The notes below the pieces were generated by a model. It was not told the DNA's origin and did not search any database. It was given only the letters and a program-made list of their open reading frames with translations. A stretch of DNA of 64,000 bases, taken from assembly GCF_028641065.1 (NCBI RefSeq), contig NC_073416.1, positions 372,001 through 436,000 of the forward strand. The letters run 5' to 3'. Made by a program: the position numbers and the translations under genes. This DNA comes from Leucoraja erinacea (lineage: Eukaryota). Positions 38,621 to 51,832 of this stretch are shown piece after piece (position 1 is the first letter of the stretch; each line of letters starts with the position of its first letter).

Positions 38621-39399
38621 CGCTCAGCGGGTGCAGCAGCTCTCCGGGAGAGGAGAGGGCAATGCCCATGTGGATGATATATAATAGCAACCGATGTTGG
38701 TGAAACCTGTTTCCCAATAGGCTGCTTCAGTACTTCCCACAATGCCTTCAGCCTTCCCATTCCCTTTACATAGAAACATAGACAATAGGTGCAGGAGTAG
38801 AGGCCATTCGGCCCTTCGAGCCTGCACCATTCGCCATTCAATATGAGCATGGCTGATCATCCAACTCAGTATCCCATCCCTGCCTTCTCTCCATACCCCC
38901 TGATCCCTTTAGCCACAAGGGCCACATCTAACTCCCTGTTATGATTGTGTTTATAATTTGTTTGGTTGTTTTGTTGTTTGTCTTTTGCACAAAGTCCGCG
39001 AGCATTGCCACTTTCATTTCACTGCACATCTCGTATGTGTATGTGACAAATAAACTTGACTTGACTTGACTTGACTTAAATATAGCCAATGAACTGTGTG
39101 TGGCCTCAACTACCTTCTGTGGCAGAGAGTTCCACAGATTCACCACTCTCTTTGCTCCCCATTACCTAAATGACTGCTTCCCGAGTTAAATGACCTCACC
39201 CCTTACACTTCATAGCATTGGAGGAGCATGAAAAGTGTGATCTGTAAGTGTCGGCACCATCTGAGAAGTCAGCTGACAGAGCAGCTGCTATCCTTGGATT
39301 TGCCCAAGGCGTGGAAGCAAAGTACGAATTTCATTGTCCAATGGGACACATGACAATAAACTCTCTTGGATCTTGAATGAACCAAAACGTATTATAAAG

Positions 39400-40170
39400 C
39401 ATTAATAGACCGGGTAGATGCCACAGAGTCCCTTGCCCCGAGTAGGGGAATCAAGAACCAGAGGGCGTTGGTTTAAGATGAAGGGGGAAAGATTTTATAG
39501 GAATCTGAGGGGTAACTTTTTCATTCAAAAGGTGATGGGTGTATGGAACGAGCTGCCAGAGGAGGTAGTTGAGGCTGGGATTAACGCAATGTTTAAGAAA
39601 CAGTTAGACATGTACATGGATATATGCTGGACATATACAGGAAGAGATGTATCAACAGAGCCATCTCCATCATCAAAGACCCTTACCACCCATCGCATGA
39701 CATTTTCTCCATCCTCCCATCTTGGAAGAGGTACAGGAGCATTAGCTGCAAAACCAGCAGGATGCTCCTCAGCTTCTTCCCACAGGCTATAAGACTGTTA
39801 AATGGACTTTGCCCCCTGCCAAGTATCGCGCACAAACCCCCACACTGCAGCAGAGCCACTGTTGTGCCGCTGCCGGTCGGAACGCCTGTTGAATGTTTAG
39901 TAGAGTGTTAAATTTGTTCATGATACATGTATTTTTATTTCTATTTATTTTTTCATGCACACTGAATGGACACTGGTTGGGCAACGTTTTTTTGTTTCCT
40001 CTGGGTATGTGAATACTCAGGAAATGACAATAAAGATATACAATACAATACAATAGGACAGGTTTGGAGGGATATGGACCAAAGGTGGGACTAGTGTAGA
40101 TGGGACATGTTGGCCGGTGTGTGGGCAAGTTGGGCCGAAGGGCCTGTTTCCACGCTGTATCACTCTGAGA
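39400..40170 (+). mobile_element. CR1 3' end interrupted by a Rex1/Babar fragment (about 39620-40055)
   Basis: NFFIQKVMGVWNELPEEVVEAG, then IIKDPYHPSHDIFSILPS.KRYRSI..KTSR..SFFPQAIRLLN with a (CAATA)n tail, then the CR1 tail resumes. Confidence 0.8.
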
Positions 40171-40999
40171 CACTGATAGGACGTCAGCTATTTGTTTGTT
40201 TTCTCCAAATTAGATATCTGTGAAAAAACACTGCTGGATTCAAATATGTGGTGTTTGACACAGTTGAGGGTGGGACATGCAAAATAAATTTGAGGAACAA
40301 CTAACTCACCAACAGCAGCATGGAATGTGTCCCTGAGTTCAAAGCTGCACATCAAATGATTTCTAAGTATCTGAATGATTAGTCATGGTGCATTGTTAAT
40401 AGATGCACTCGGTTAATTTTATTTGTTTTAACGTTTTGAATTTGACCATTCACCGTGAGCATTCACCTGAAATGACGTGCAGCCAACCCACTGGAAAGTA
40501 GTGTACAATGTGTGTAATGTCACCTGTCAGCCCCTACCTCGCAGGCTTTGTATCGCAAAGACACCAAGGCACTTGCTCGCACCCCAACACGAGCAGCAAG
40601 GTATGTGGCCACACCTGTTCATCTTGCACACCAACATCATGTATTAGAAGCAGGGCAAACAGGAATTGTAAGGCTCACAAAGGCATGTGTGGTATGTCAG
40701 AATCCCATCCTGGGCAAGTCAAGTACGCAGGTCAAAATGTCACAATTGGTTAGCAAATCGCTAGGTTTTACAGGGGACAGCTCTGCAGGTATGCAGCATG
40801 CACGACTCCACTGTTTAAGCCCACGTGTTCAGGAAGTGCTGCATTCTTGTGAGGGTGTATTCAAAGGCTGCAGAAATGCGGCTAGCCACATGATTGCTCC
40901 TCCAAGAGAGCATCAACATCAGCGCACATCTGTCAGTGTAGCTGTGGTCCAAAGAGAGCATTGCACACACTGCTAGTCAGTTATAGGCCACTTATTCTT

Positions 41000-42222
41000 G
41001 ATAGAAACATAGAAACATAGAAACATAGAAATTAGGTGCAGGAGTAGAGGTCATACGGCCCTTCGAGCCTGCACCGCCATTCAATATGATCATGGCTGAT
41101 CATCCAACTCAGTATCCCATCCCTGCCTTCTCTCCATACCCTCTGATCCCTTTAGCCACAAGGGCCACATCTAACTCCCTCTTAAATATAGCCAATGAAC
41201 TGGCCTCAACTGCCCTCTGTGGTAGAGAGTTCCAGAGATTCACCACTCTCTGTGTGAAAAAAGTTCTTCTCATCTCGGTTTTAAAGGATTTCCCCTTTAT
41301 CCTTAAGATAGTAAACCTTATGCAAAGGATTCATGCCTAATCTGGTCTGAAGTTGTCTCTCGACCCGAAACGTCACCCATTCCTTGCCCGTCCTACTGCT
41401 TGTCCCACTGAGTTACTCCAACTTTTTGTGCCTCCACTCAGGCTTCAAAGTGAATCACAATTCAGTAGTGTGAGTATGTTGTGTTCTGTTTCTGACATCC
41501 ATTCCTGTAGAAGCAATGGAATGAAGTTTAGACAAGGGACGCAACACAATGACTCAACTATGGAATGCAGGTGACACCGCCAATCAGAATTTTGAGGCAT
41601 CATTTTCATCGCTGTTTGTGTTTCTCACACAATAACATGCATTTTTATTTGCACCTTCACTGTAATAAAAACATCCCAGGAAGCTCTTCCCAGGAATATC
41701 ACCAAGACAACGGGCTGACAAATAGCCATGTGATTCCTGGGATGTCAGGACTTTCATATGAAGAAAGACTGGATAGACTCGGCTTGTACTCGCTAGAGTT
41801 TAGAAGATTGAGGGGGGATCTTATAGAAACTTACAAAATCCTTAAGGGGTTGGACAGGCTAGATGCAGGAAGATTGTTCCCGATGTTGGGGAAGTCCAGA
41901 ACAAGGGGCCACACACACAGTTTAAGGATAAGGGGGAAATCTTTTAGGACCGAGATGAGAAATACATTTTTTTTCACACACAGAGAGTGGTGAATCTCTG
42001 GAATTCTCTGCCACAGATGGTAGTTGACGGCCAGTTCATTGGCTATATTTAAGAGGGAGTTAGATGTGGCCCTTGTGGCTAAAGGGATCAGGGGGTGTGG
42101 AGAGAAGGCAGGGATGGGATACTGAGTTGGATGACCAGCCATGATCGTATTGAATGCGAATGGTGCAGGCTCGAAGGGCCGAATGGCCTCTACTCCTGCA
42201 CCTATTGTCTATGTCTCTATGT
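41000..42222. mobile_element. Two oppositely oriented CR1 3' ends (41000-41310 minus, 41730-42222 plus)
   Basis: Near-identical CR1 C-terminal and 3' UTR sequences in inverted orientation. Confidence 0.85.
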
Positions 42223-43154
42223 CTCAACAACATATCTCGGTGACTGCCAATCACCACCCCCCCCCCCAGACACTTATTATTTTTTATTCAAATCGTTTGC
42301 TATGTCGCTCTTCAAGGGAGATGCTAAATGCATTTCGTTGTCTCTGTACTGTACACTGACAATGACATTTAAAATTGAATCTGAATCTGAATCTGAATCT
42401 ATGATGATCTATGAGAGCATCGGACCAAACGCATCCTGGACAATACATGGCCCATCTAGTCAACCTGAGGAGAACCCAATCTTTTCCACTCCTCACTGTA
42501 ATTTCATGTTTCATGTATCTTGTGGTTTATGACTGTTGACCGATCAATTTCCCTCCTGATCGATCAATAAAGTTTTGTCATATCGCATCATAAGCTTGGC
42601 CACCGAGGGCAATTGTAAGAACGCTTCCAAGAAAAGAAACGGAGACAGTGGAGGTTCGGGATGGGAATTCCTCCTGTGTAGTCCAACATCAACCGTTCCT
42701 TGTTTCTCCAAAGTCGGACAATAGTTTGGCACTATTCTCTCCCAATTGCCTCGGCCAACATTTCTCGCTCACTCAACATAAAGAAATAATGGATCATATG
42801 TTTAATTATGGGTTGAGCAATGTTGACAGGGAGGAACAGTTTCTGCACTGAATCATTTTATAATCATTCCTGGTGCAACATTTAGCAGCATCCACCCAAG
42901 GTGTTCCATTTAAAACACAAGAACCGCGTTTGGATTCATGGTGAATCCTCCATTGATACATAATGGCAGTGGTTGAAGATGACGAGAACACAGTTGATTC
43001 AATACAAAACAGGAGGCCACCACCTCGAATCTCAAACACAAACCAGGACATTCGGCACGATTAATTCATGCCAGGGTCATGTTCCACAGCAGTCTTCACC
43101 AAACACTCTTTGCGTTCCACACTGCCCTCTGAGGAGAGCCACCTCTCCCCAAAT

Positions 43155-43583
43155 AGAAACATAGAAACATAGAAATTAGGTGCAGGAGTAGGCCATTCGG
43201 CCCTTCGAGCCTGCACCATTCGCCATTCAATATGATCATGGCTGATCATCCAACTCAGTATCCCGTACCTGCCTTCTCTCCATACCCCCTGATCCCCTTA
43301 GCCACAAGGGCCACATCTAACTCCCTCTTAAATATAGCCAATGAACTGTGGCCTCAACTACCCTCTGCGGCAGAGAGTTCCAGAGATTCACCACTCTCTG
43401 CGTGAAAAAAGTTCTTCTCATCTCAGTTTTAAAGGATTTCCCCCTTATCCTTAAGCTGTGACCCCTTGTCCTGGACTTCCACAACATCGGGAACAATCTT
43501 CCTGCGTCTAGCCTGTCCAACCCCTTAAGAATTTTGTACGTTTCTATAAGATCCCCTCTCAATCTTCTAAATTCTAGAGAATT
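43155..43583 (-). mobile_element. 5'-truncated CR1 flanked by a 73-bp direct repeat
   Basis: Identical 73-mers at 43082-43154 and 43584-43656, with the CR1 tail and C-terminus between them. Confidence 0.9.
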
Positions 43584-44185
43584 TTCCACAGCAGTCTTCA
43601 CCAAACACTCTTTGCGTTCCACACTGCCCTCTGAGGAGAGCCACCTCTCCCCAAATGGCCAAAAAAACCAAACAGAAAACGCTGGAAAAACTCAGCAGGC
43701 CGAGCAGAAACTGTGGAGAGATGAACAGTTAAGGGAAGAAGGGTTTCGGCCCGAATGCTGGAGAAACTCAGCGGGTGCAGCAGCATCTATGTGGAGCGAG
43801 GGAAATAGGCAACGCTTTGGGACGAAACCCTGAAGGAAATAGGCAACGTTTCGGGCCAAAACCCGGAAGGGTTTCGGCCCGAAACGTTACCTATTTCCTT
43901 CGCTCCATAGATGCTGCTGCAATTTTTTTCCCCAAAACTTCCAGCAGGCCAGAACCAGAATTTCGGGTAATTTTCGTCAAAGCTGATAGCTCTCCAATTT
44001 TGTTTTTCTCTGGATTATTTTTATTCTGGGAAAAAAACCCCACCTTGGCTGGAGGCCCCCTAGATTTTGAGGCCCTAGGCTTCAGCCCATGAAGCCTATA
44101 GGTAAATCCGGCCCTGCCAAGGCCCCCCTAGATCTCGAGGCCCTAAACTTAAGCTTGTGAAGCTTATACGTAAATCCGACCCTGA

Positions 44186-44300
44186 TGACACCTCTGTATT
44201 CAACTTCCCTCCCCTCATTGATGCAGCCCACAATTGCAGAGTCATCCAAAAAACCCTGCAGGTGGCAGGAGTCCGAGCTGTATCTGAAGTCCGTACATTT
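44186..44300 (-). mobile_element. Rex1-type RT core fragment
   Basis: Minus strand reads TDFRYSSDSCHLQGFLDDSAIVGCINEG..EYRGVI, the RT xxDD region. Another fragment is at 44825-44965. Confidence 0.65.
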
Positions 44301-44773
44301 TCACCTGAGCACAATCGCAAAGGTAGAAATAAAATGAAACAGCTTCAAGTCAATCCGTTTTAAAACTGTCTGGGCTGTTGGTGAGCGGTTGGGGAAATGT
44401 CTCAATTCCATTGCGTAATACTATGTCATAATCATCTGCCATCATCTGACTGAACCTGAGGAACATCACGGGAGCTTGTAAGCTTTTTAATATGTTCTGA
44501 CTGAAGTTAAGACATGTGCCAGCCCCCAATTAGATATATTTCTTATGTAGACTCACAATTTACTGATGCATAACACCACAACTGCCTGCAGCTGCATGAC
44601 TACATCCCCCTTTGCTCTTGCCAAAACTTTCGAGTTTTTGCCCCAATTTGGTGCCCTATATCCAGAACCCAATCCAGACTTGCCGAAAGAATCCAGGAAA
44701 TTGGCGTAAACTCAATTATAGAATCAGACGCAAAGTGCTGGAGTAAGTTAGCGGGTGAAGCAAGCATCTCAGT

Positions 44774-44801
44774 CTGATGAAGGGTGTCGACCCGAAACGT
44801 C
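44774..44801 (+). ncRNA. Minimal hammerhead-ribozyme-like motif (Penelope pseudo-LTR)
   Basis: CTGATGA-A-GGGT-gtcg-ACCC-GAAA-CGTC gives the core, stem II, GAAA and a GUC triplet. Stem III can form only as a palindromic ACGT dimer and stem I is weak. Confidence 0.55.
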
Positions 44802-45305
44802 ACCTATTTCCTTCGCTCCATAGATGCTGCCTGTCCCGCTGAGTTGGGGAGGTCAGCTCTCCTCATCCGTCGAAGGAAGTGGAGGCGTTGCTGTGCCTTC
44901 TTGACTAGGGAGACGGTGTTGGTGGGCCATGTCTGATCATCTGTGACGTGCACTCCCAAGAACTTCAGCGACAATGTTACAAAGCAGAATCACTTCGAAA
45001 CAAACTTCTAGTTAAATAGTCGGTGCATCAACATGAGCCTCAACACGGCAGTAGGTCTCATCCTTGTAGGCAAGGTTTCCCACCTGATTTCACTCAGCTT
45101 GTATCACTAATACAAGAGTACAGCGAACATAAATATGGCATGGCTCAGATTCAGATTCAATTTTAATTGTCATTGTCAGTGTACAGTACAGAGACAACAG
45201 TACGAAACAGAGTCTACATAAGAAATATATCTCATTGGGGGCTGGCACATGTCTTAACTTCAGTCAGAACATATTAAAAAGCTTACAATGGCATCACCAA
45301 AGATA

Positions 45306-45713
45306 AGGTAGATACAAAATGCTGGAGAAACTCAGCGGGTGCAGCAGCATCTATGGAGCGAGGGAAATAGGCAACGCTTTGGGACGAAACCCTGAAGGAA
45401 ATAGGCAACGTTTAAGAGGGAACTGCAGATGCTGGAAAATCGAAGGTAGACAAAAATGCTGGAGAAACTCAGCGGGTGCAGCAGCATCTATGTGGAGCGA
45501 AGGAAATAGGCAACGTTTCGGGATGAAACCCTTCTTCAGACCCGAAATCCTGAAGGAAATAGGCAACGTTTCGGGCCGAAACCCTTCTGGGTTTCGGCCC
45601 GAAACGTTACCTATTTCCTTCGCTCCATAGATGCTGCTGCACCCGCTGAGTTTCTCCAGCATTTTTTGTCTACCTTCGATTTTCCAGCATCTGCAGTTCC
45701 TTCTTGAACACCG
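45306..45713. mobile_element. Penelope-derived composite insertion with 9-bp TSD
   Basis: CCAAAGATA at 45297-45305 and 45714-45722. Interior contains tandem and inverted pseudo-LTR copies. Confidence 0.7.
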
Positions 45714-47275
45714 CCAAAGATATATTGGGTTACAATCCCATTCTCCTGCCTTCTCCCCATAACCCTCGACACCCTATTCTAATCAAGAATTTGTCCATCT
45801 CTGCCTTAGAAATATCCGCCGACTCGGCCTCCACAAGCCCTCTGTAGCAATGAGTTCCGCAGATTCACCACCCTCTGACTAAAGAAGTTCCTCCTCACCT
45901 CCTTTCTAAAAGAGCGCCCTTTAATCCTGAGGCTGTGTCCTGGACTCTCCCACCAGTAGGAAACATCCTCTCCACATCCACTCTATCTATGCCTTTCATT
46001 ATTCGGTGACGTTTCAATGAGGTCCCCTGCCTCTCATCTTTCTAAACTCCAGCGAGTACAGGCCCAGTGCCGCCAAACGCTCATCGTATGTTAACCCACT
46101 CATTCCTGTGATCGTTCTTGTAAACCTCCCCTGGACCCTCTAAAGAGCCAGCGCATCCTTCCTCCTCTCTCTTGTTTCCCTTTCCCCCCGACTCTAGTCT
46201 GAGGAAGGGTCTCGGCCCGAAACGTCATCCATTCATTCCTTCTCTCCAGAGATGCTGCCTGTCCCGCTGAGTTACTCCAGCGTCTTGTGTCTACCTCCAT
46301 TGCTCAATACTGCATTCGGCGCACAGACTGTTTCCGGAGCAGTGTTGGAACCCGCGGCCATCTGAGTAACTCCATTCTGAACCATTCTGGGCCGGCCGTC
46401 TGTGAGTGACTTTGACTGTTAGGGTTAATTGGTGGCGGGGAAGACCAGACGGATCCAGTGTAACAGCTGTCAGAACCCTTCAACTTTCTCAGAACTAGGA
46501 ACTGGAAAATGACCCAATTCATTTGCATATTTTATTGTACCTGAAAGAAACAATGATGGGAATGATAGTGTCACAGTTCTATTGCAATGAGCTTCTGTAG
46601 GGAAGTCAGCCTTCTCACGCAACACTATAACCCACAGGCTACTGGTGGTGTTCTGCCGATCCCAATACGCAGGTTCGATCCTGTCTGTGCGCACGTTCTC
46701 CCTGTGGCCACGTGAGTTTCCTCCAGGTGCCTCGGTTTGCTCCCACATCCCACAGGCGTTTGGGTTGCGAGGTTGATAGGGCTTCTGTAAATTGCAACCA
46801 CTGTGCTGGTGAACGGTGGGATGTGGGGGGGTGGAGAGAGAATAGGTTGCAGGGAACTAGTTGGGGGAACCGGACAGATGGGATTGATCAGAGAGCTGAC
46901 ATAGACAGTGCATCTTCTTATGTGTTGAGAATTGTGATGGACTTGAGAATCATGAGGGTGGCATGATGTTTAGTCACAAGCCAAGTGCACATTTCACCAG
47001 ACCCCTGGGGTCATTTATCAGTCCCATGGATAATCTGTTTGGATGAGCTTTTGTCTTGAAATATGCTGGAGTTTTCCTTCTGTGGAAGGAGGGAGTAGAA
47101 AGCTTTGGTGCATAAAGTGAGTTTGTGATCGTTTTCAGATTCGACTGGCAAGACTGCTGGGTCGGAGTTCATTCGAGATTGGGTTTGGAAGTACAAGACT
47201 GTTTGTGCATTCGAGCTTGGGTTTGGAAGTACAAATACTGTATGTGTGCTGTAGAAATAGGTTATTCAGGGTGTG

Positions 47276-47539
47276 NNNNNNNNNNNNNNNNNNNNNNNNN
47301 NNNNNNNNNNNNNNNNNNNNNNNNNNNNNNNNNNNNNNNNNNNNNNNNNNNNNNNNNNNNNNNNNNNNNNNNNNNNNNNNNNNNNNNNNNNNNNNNNNNN
47401 NNNNNNNNNNNNNNNNNNNNNNNNNNNNNNNNNNNNNNNNNNNNNNNNNNNNNNNNNNNNNNNNNNNNNNNNNNNNNNNNNNNNNNNNNNNNNNNNNNNN
47501 NNNNNNNNNNNNNNNNNNNNNNNNNNNNNNNNNNNNNNN
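47276..47539. other. Assembly gap (264 N)
   Basis: Run of N. Confidence 1.
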
Positions 47540-47974
47540 TGGTGCGTAAGTGTGAGCTGACATGAGTACAACTAGAGAGACATACAGCGTTGTAGGTTAA
47601 TTGGTTGGGTGTACGTGTAAATTGTCAATGAGAGAGAACTTGGGCCAGTTCTTTATTTTGCCAATCTCCTGTTGGGAGGAAGTGGGCCTGCTATCAACGT
47701 GCAAACCATATCATCAAAGTACAGCTGCTGGTTTTGACACCGAGCCCAATGTAGGGGAGTTTAAATTGGCTTCTCATGTGGGTCCAGCCAGCACCAACCA
47801 GGCTTGGTAACTAAGGTCAGTTATCTACAACATTGTTGTCATCTTGGTGCTGCTGGAGGAAGCAGGAGCTCTCCCGAATCTCTCAGTCAATTCTTGGCCT
47901 TCCTCTTGCTCCAGGTCTTTCCCCTCTTCCTCCCAAAGGTTCACCGCAAACAGGTTCTCTCTTCCTACAGTTTA

Positions 47975-48420
47975 ACCATATAACCATATAACAATTACAG
48001 CACGGAAACAGGCCATCTCGACCCTACAAGTCCGTGCCGAACAAATTTTGTTCCCCTTAGTCACACCTGCCTGCACTCATACCATAACCCTCCATTCCCT
48101 TCTCATCCATATGCCTATCCAATTTATTTTTAAATGATACCAATGAACCTGCCTCCACCACTTCCACTGGGAGCTCATTCCACACCGCTACCACTCTCTG
48201 AGTAAAGAAGTTCCCCCTCATGTTACCCCTAAACTTCTGTCCCTTAATTCTGAAGTCATGTCCTCTTGTTTGAATCTTCCCTATTCTCAAAGGGAAAAGC
48301 TTGTCCACATCAACTCTGTCTATCCCTCTCATCATTTTAAAGACCTCTATCAGGTCCCCCCTTAACCTTCTGCGCTCCAGAGAATAAAGACCTAACTTAT
48401 TCAACCTATCTCTGTAACTT
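47975..48420 (-). mobile_element. CR1 subfamily with a (CCATATAA)n tail
   Basis: ORF 48057-48404(-) LGLYSLERRRLRGDLIEVFKMMRG. Near-identical to 50833-51420. Confidence 0.9.
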
Positions 48421-49349
48421 AGTTTAGTCTAGTTTAGCACGGAGACAGGCCATTCGGCCCACCGAGCCCGCGCCGACCAGCGATCCCCGCACACTAACAC
48501 TATCCTACACACACACTAGGGACAATTTACACTCATACCAAGCCAATGAACCTACAAACCAGCACGTCTTTGGAGTGTGGGAGGAAACCGGAGCACCAGT
48601 AGAAAACCCACGTGGTCACGGGGAGAAAGTACAGACTCCATACAGACAAGCACCAGTAGTCGGGATAGATCCTGGGTATCTAGCGCTGCAAGGCAGTAAC
48701 TCTACCGCCGAGCCACCATGTTGCCCGTATAATGGCGACTGAGCTGGCTGCTCCCCTCCTGTTCTGCTTGGAGAATCCAATGGCAAGCATACAGATGAAT
48801 GCAAGGAATTACAATCTGCTAACCATGCTACGAGATACCCTTGACTGGTAATCATTTGCATATTAGCCGAAATTAGTCGACATCTCAAGAATCATCCACA
48901 ATTCTGCGACCACTGCAGTACTGAGTCAGACGATGTTGGTTTGGGCCACACAAGACAGCTTGCCAGTACTTCCAGTTTACCCAGATGATACTTTTAACTA
49001 CATGTGGGTAACCTCACAAGGGGAACGATGGTTTTGCAATTGCAGACTCGTCATTTAACTCACTTACAACCGTTTTACTCTGCATTAAAATCAGCCCGTG
49101 GCATAATTTCAACTTTCCCTGGTGTCCAGGCCCATCCATTCATTCATTGATCAATGCGCCCAAGAACAGATTAAATGCTCTGATAACAGCTAAAATATAA
49201 AGTGATATCTGAACTGCAATGAGTCCAATTGCCTTCATTTCTCCCAATCTCCCAATCCCACTGTTGCCCTTTGGCAAAGGATCTGCGACTCTGAAACGTT
49301 CCGAATGACCATGTTTGAAGAAGGGTCTTGATCCAAAGCATTCCCTCCC

Positions 49350-49950
49350 CAGTTGATGTTTTCAAGAGAGAGTTAGATTTAGCTCTTAGGGGCTAACAGA
49401 ATCAAGGGATATGGGGGAGAAGGCAGGAACGGGGTACTGATTGGGGATGATCAGCCATAGGAGATTGAGAGGGGATCTTATAGAAACTTACAAAATTCTT
49501 AAGAGGTTGGACAGGCTAGATGCAGGAAGATTGTTCCCGATGTTAGGGAAGTCCAGGACAAGGGGTCACAGCTTAAGGATAAGGGGGAAATCCTTTAAAA
49601 CCGAGATGAGAAGAACTTTTTTCACACACAGAGTGGTGAATCTCTGGAACTCTCTGCCACAGAGGGTAGTTGAGGCCACAGTTCATTGGCTATATTTAAG
49701 AGGGAGTTAGATGTGGCCCTTGTGGCTAAGGGGATCAGGGGGTATGGAGAGAAGGCAGGTACGGGATACTGAGTTGGATGATCAGCCATGATCATATTGA
49801 ATGGCGAATGGTGCAGGCTCGAAGGGCCGAATGGCCTCTACTCCTGCACCTAATTTCTATGTTTCTATGTTTCTGTGATCACATTGAATGGCGGTGCTGG
49901 CCCGAAGGGCCGAATGACCCACTCCTGCACCTACTGTTATGTTTCTATGT
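49350..49950 (+). mobile_element. Nested CR1 3' ends
   Basis: One CR1 tail is split at gatcagccat|gatcacattgaa by a second CR1 fragment (ORF 49441-49710). Confidence 0.8.
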
Positions 49951-50259
49951 TGCTTGACCCACTGAGTTCCTCCAGCATGTTGTGTTTTGGCCGTATATTT
50001 CTGCTTCTGCTGTTTCCAATCAATTTTGTGAGTAACATTTTCTCCTTTGACTGACTCAAGCTCAAGTGGAACTAACATTTGCAATGACGTGCAAGGTACA
50101 AGACGTTTATACGATTTAAATTTGACATAAAGCACCCAAAACTGGTGCAGTATTTCAAGTTTACGCATGATATTAGCAGGAGTCACCATGAGATCTAATG
50201 CGGTCATTGGAAATTGTGCAACATGATGCTATCACTCGGCACATTGTTAACGGATTCAC

Positions 50260-50830
50260 TGAAGTGTACAAGATGACTGGCCCAGTACTTAACAAGACAA
50301 ACTTCCTCTGCTTCCCACTCCCTCCACCGATAAAGCTTTGCGCCAATGCCCTGGAACTGGTGAACCAATTCCCATATTTTGGGTCGCACCTCACGGCAAT
50401 GACACTCATTGACGATGAAATTCACCACCGCCTTCAACTCACCCGCACAGCCTGTGGTCGACTGAGGAACAGCTTGTTGGATCTCAAAAGCCCTGAGACA
50501 AGCTCATGGTCTACCTGGCTGAAGCAATCACTGCCCCTCTATATGTTTTTGTGACCTACAGCAGGTAAACTCAAGGTTGAGGAGAAATACAGGCATGTGG
50601 CTTGCTCAATGGCCGAGTATAACCAGGGCCTCATTGGGGATATTGACCTCGGAGAGAACACTAATGTCAGTGTACTTAGCCTTGGAGGACTCTACAAGGC
50701 CAATATCTCCAATGAGGCCCTGGTTATACTCAGCCATTGAGCAAGCCACATTGCTTACACACCTGATACCAGACTCCCAAAACAGACACCCTACTCTGAG
50801 CTCGGTCAAGGGGGGAGATTGGTGAGGCAA
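50260..50830 (+). mobile_element. RTE-type LINE remnant
   Basis: LELVNQFPYFGSHL...IDDEIHHRLQ...ACGRLR matches the RTE post-RT motif as recalled. Confidence 0.6.
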
Positions 50831-50832
50831 GG

Positions 50833-51420
50833 CATTTCCAAGGCATTGGTGAGGCCAATTCTGGAGTATGGTGTACAATTTTGGTCGCCAAATTATAGGA
50901 AGGATGTCAACAAAATAGAGAGAGTACAGAGGAGATTTACTAGAATGTTGCCTGGGTTTCAGCAACTAAGTTACAGAGATAGGTTGAATAAGTTAGGGCT
51001 TTATTCTCTGGAGCGCAGAAGGTTAAGGGGGGACCTGATAGAGGTTTTTAAAATGATGAGAGGGATAGACAGAGTTGATGTGGACAAGCTTTTCCCTTTG
51101 AGAATAGGGAAGATTCAAACAAGAGGACATGACTTCAGAATTAAGGGACAGATGTTTAGGGGTAATATGAGGGGGAACTTCTTTACGCAGAGAGTGGTAG
51201 CGGTGTGGAATGAGCTCCCAGTGGAAGTGGTGGAGGCAGGTTCATTGGTATCATTTAAAAATAAATTGGATAGGCATATGGATGAGAAGGGAATGGAGGG
51301 TTATGGTACGAGTGCAGGCAGGTGGGACTAAGGGGAAAAAAAATTTGTTCGGCATGGACTTGTAGGGCCGAGATGGCCTGTTTCCGTGCTGTAATTGTTA
51401 TATGGTTATATGGTTATATG
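50833..51420 (+). mobile_element. CR1 3' end with a (TTATATGG)n tail
   Basis: ORF 50819-51331 ALVRPILEYGVQFWSP...FFTQRVVAVWNELP, intact to the stop codon. Confidence 0.92.
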
Positions 51421-51524
51421 GAGATTACCAGATGGACAGAGGAAAAGATTCTAAGGTGTGCTTAAAGTCTCCTTAAAAACAGACTGTCCTAAGAACTCAG
51501 CAGGTCAGGTTGCACCCTCGGTGG

Positions 51525-51832
51525 GACCGTGGTGCAGCGGGTAGAGCTGCTGCCTCTGCACCAGAGGCCCGGGTGCGATCCTGACCTCGGGCGCTGTCTG
51601 TGCGGAGTTTTCCCGCTCTCCCTGTGCCCTGTGTGGATTTCCTCCTGTGTGGGATCCTTTGCCACATTCCAAAGGTGTGCGGGTTTGTAGGTTCATCGGC
51701 CCCTCTGTAAACTGCCCCCGAGTGTGTAGGGGGGGGATGAGAAAGTGGGATAGCATGGACCTAGTGTGTGAACGGGTGATGGATGGTCCGTGGGCCGAAG
51801 GGCCTGTTTCCATGCTGTATTCCTAAACTAAA
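51525..51832 (+). mobile_element. tRNA-derived SINE (further plus copies at about 52580-52868, 59800-60095, 60603-61040)
   Basis: Same head, core and tail. Confidence 0.82.

Noticed and set aside
40548-40976. 142-aa ORF
   Set aside because: Non-ATG start, no recognisable domain; compatible with chance.
46470-46542. Minus-strand terminal-exon-like segment (tttctttcAG|GTIKYANELGHFPVPSSEKVEGF*)
   Set aside because: Only an acceptor-like motif, with no partner exons or recognisable homology.
47125-47571. ORFs spanning the N run
   Set aside because: Artefacts of the assembly gap.
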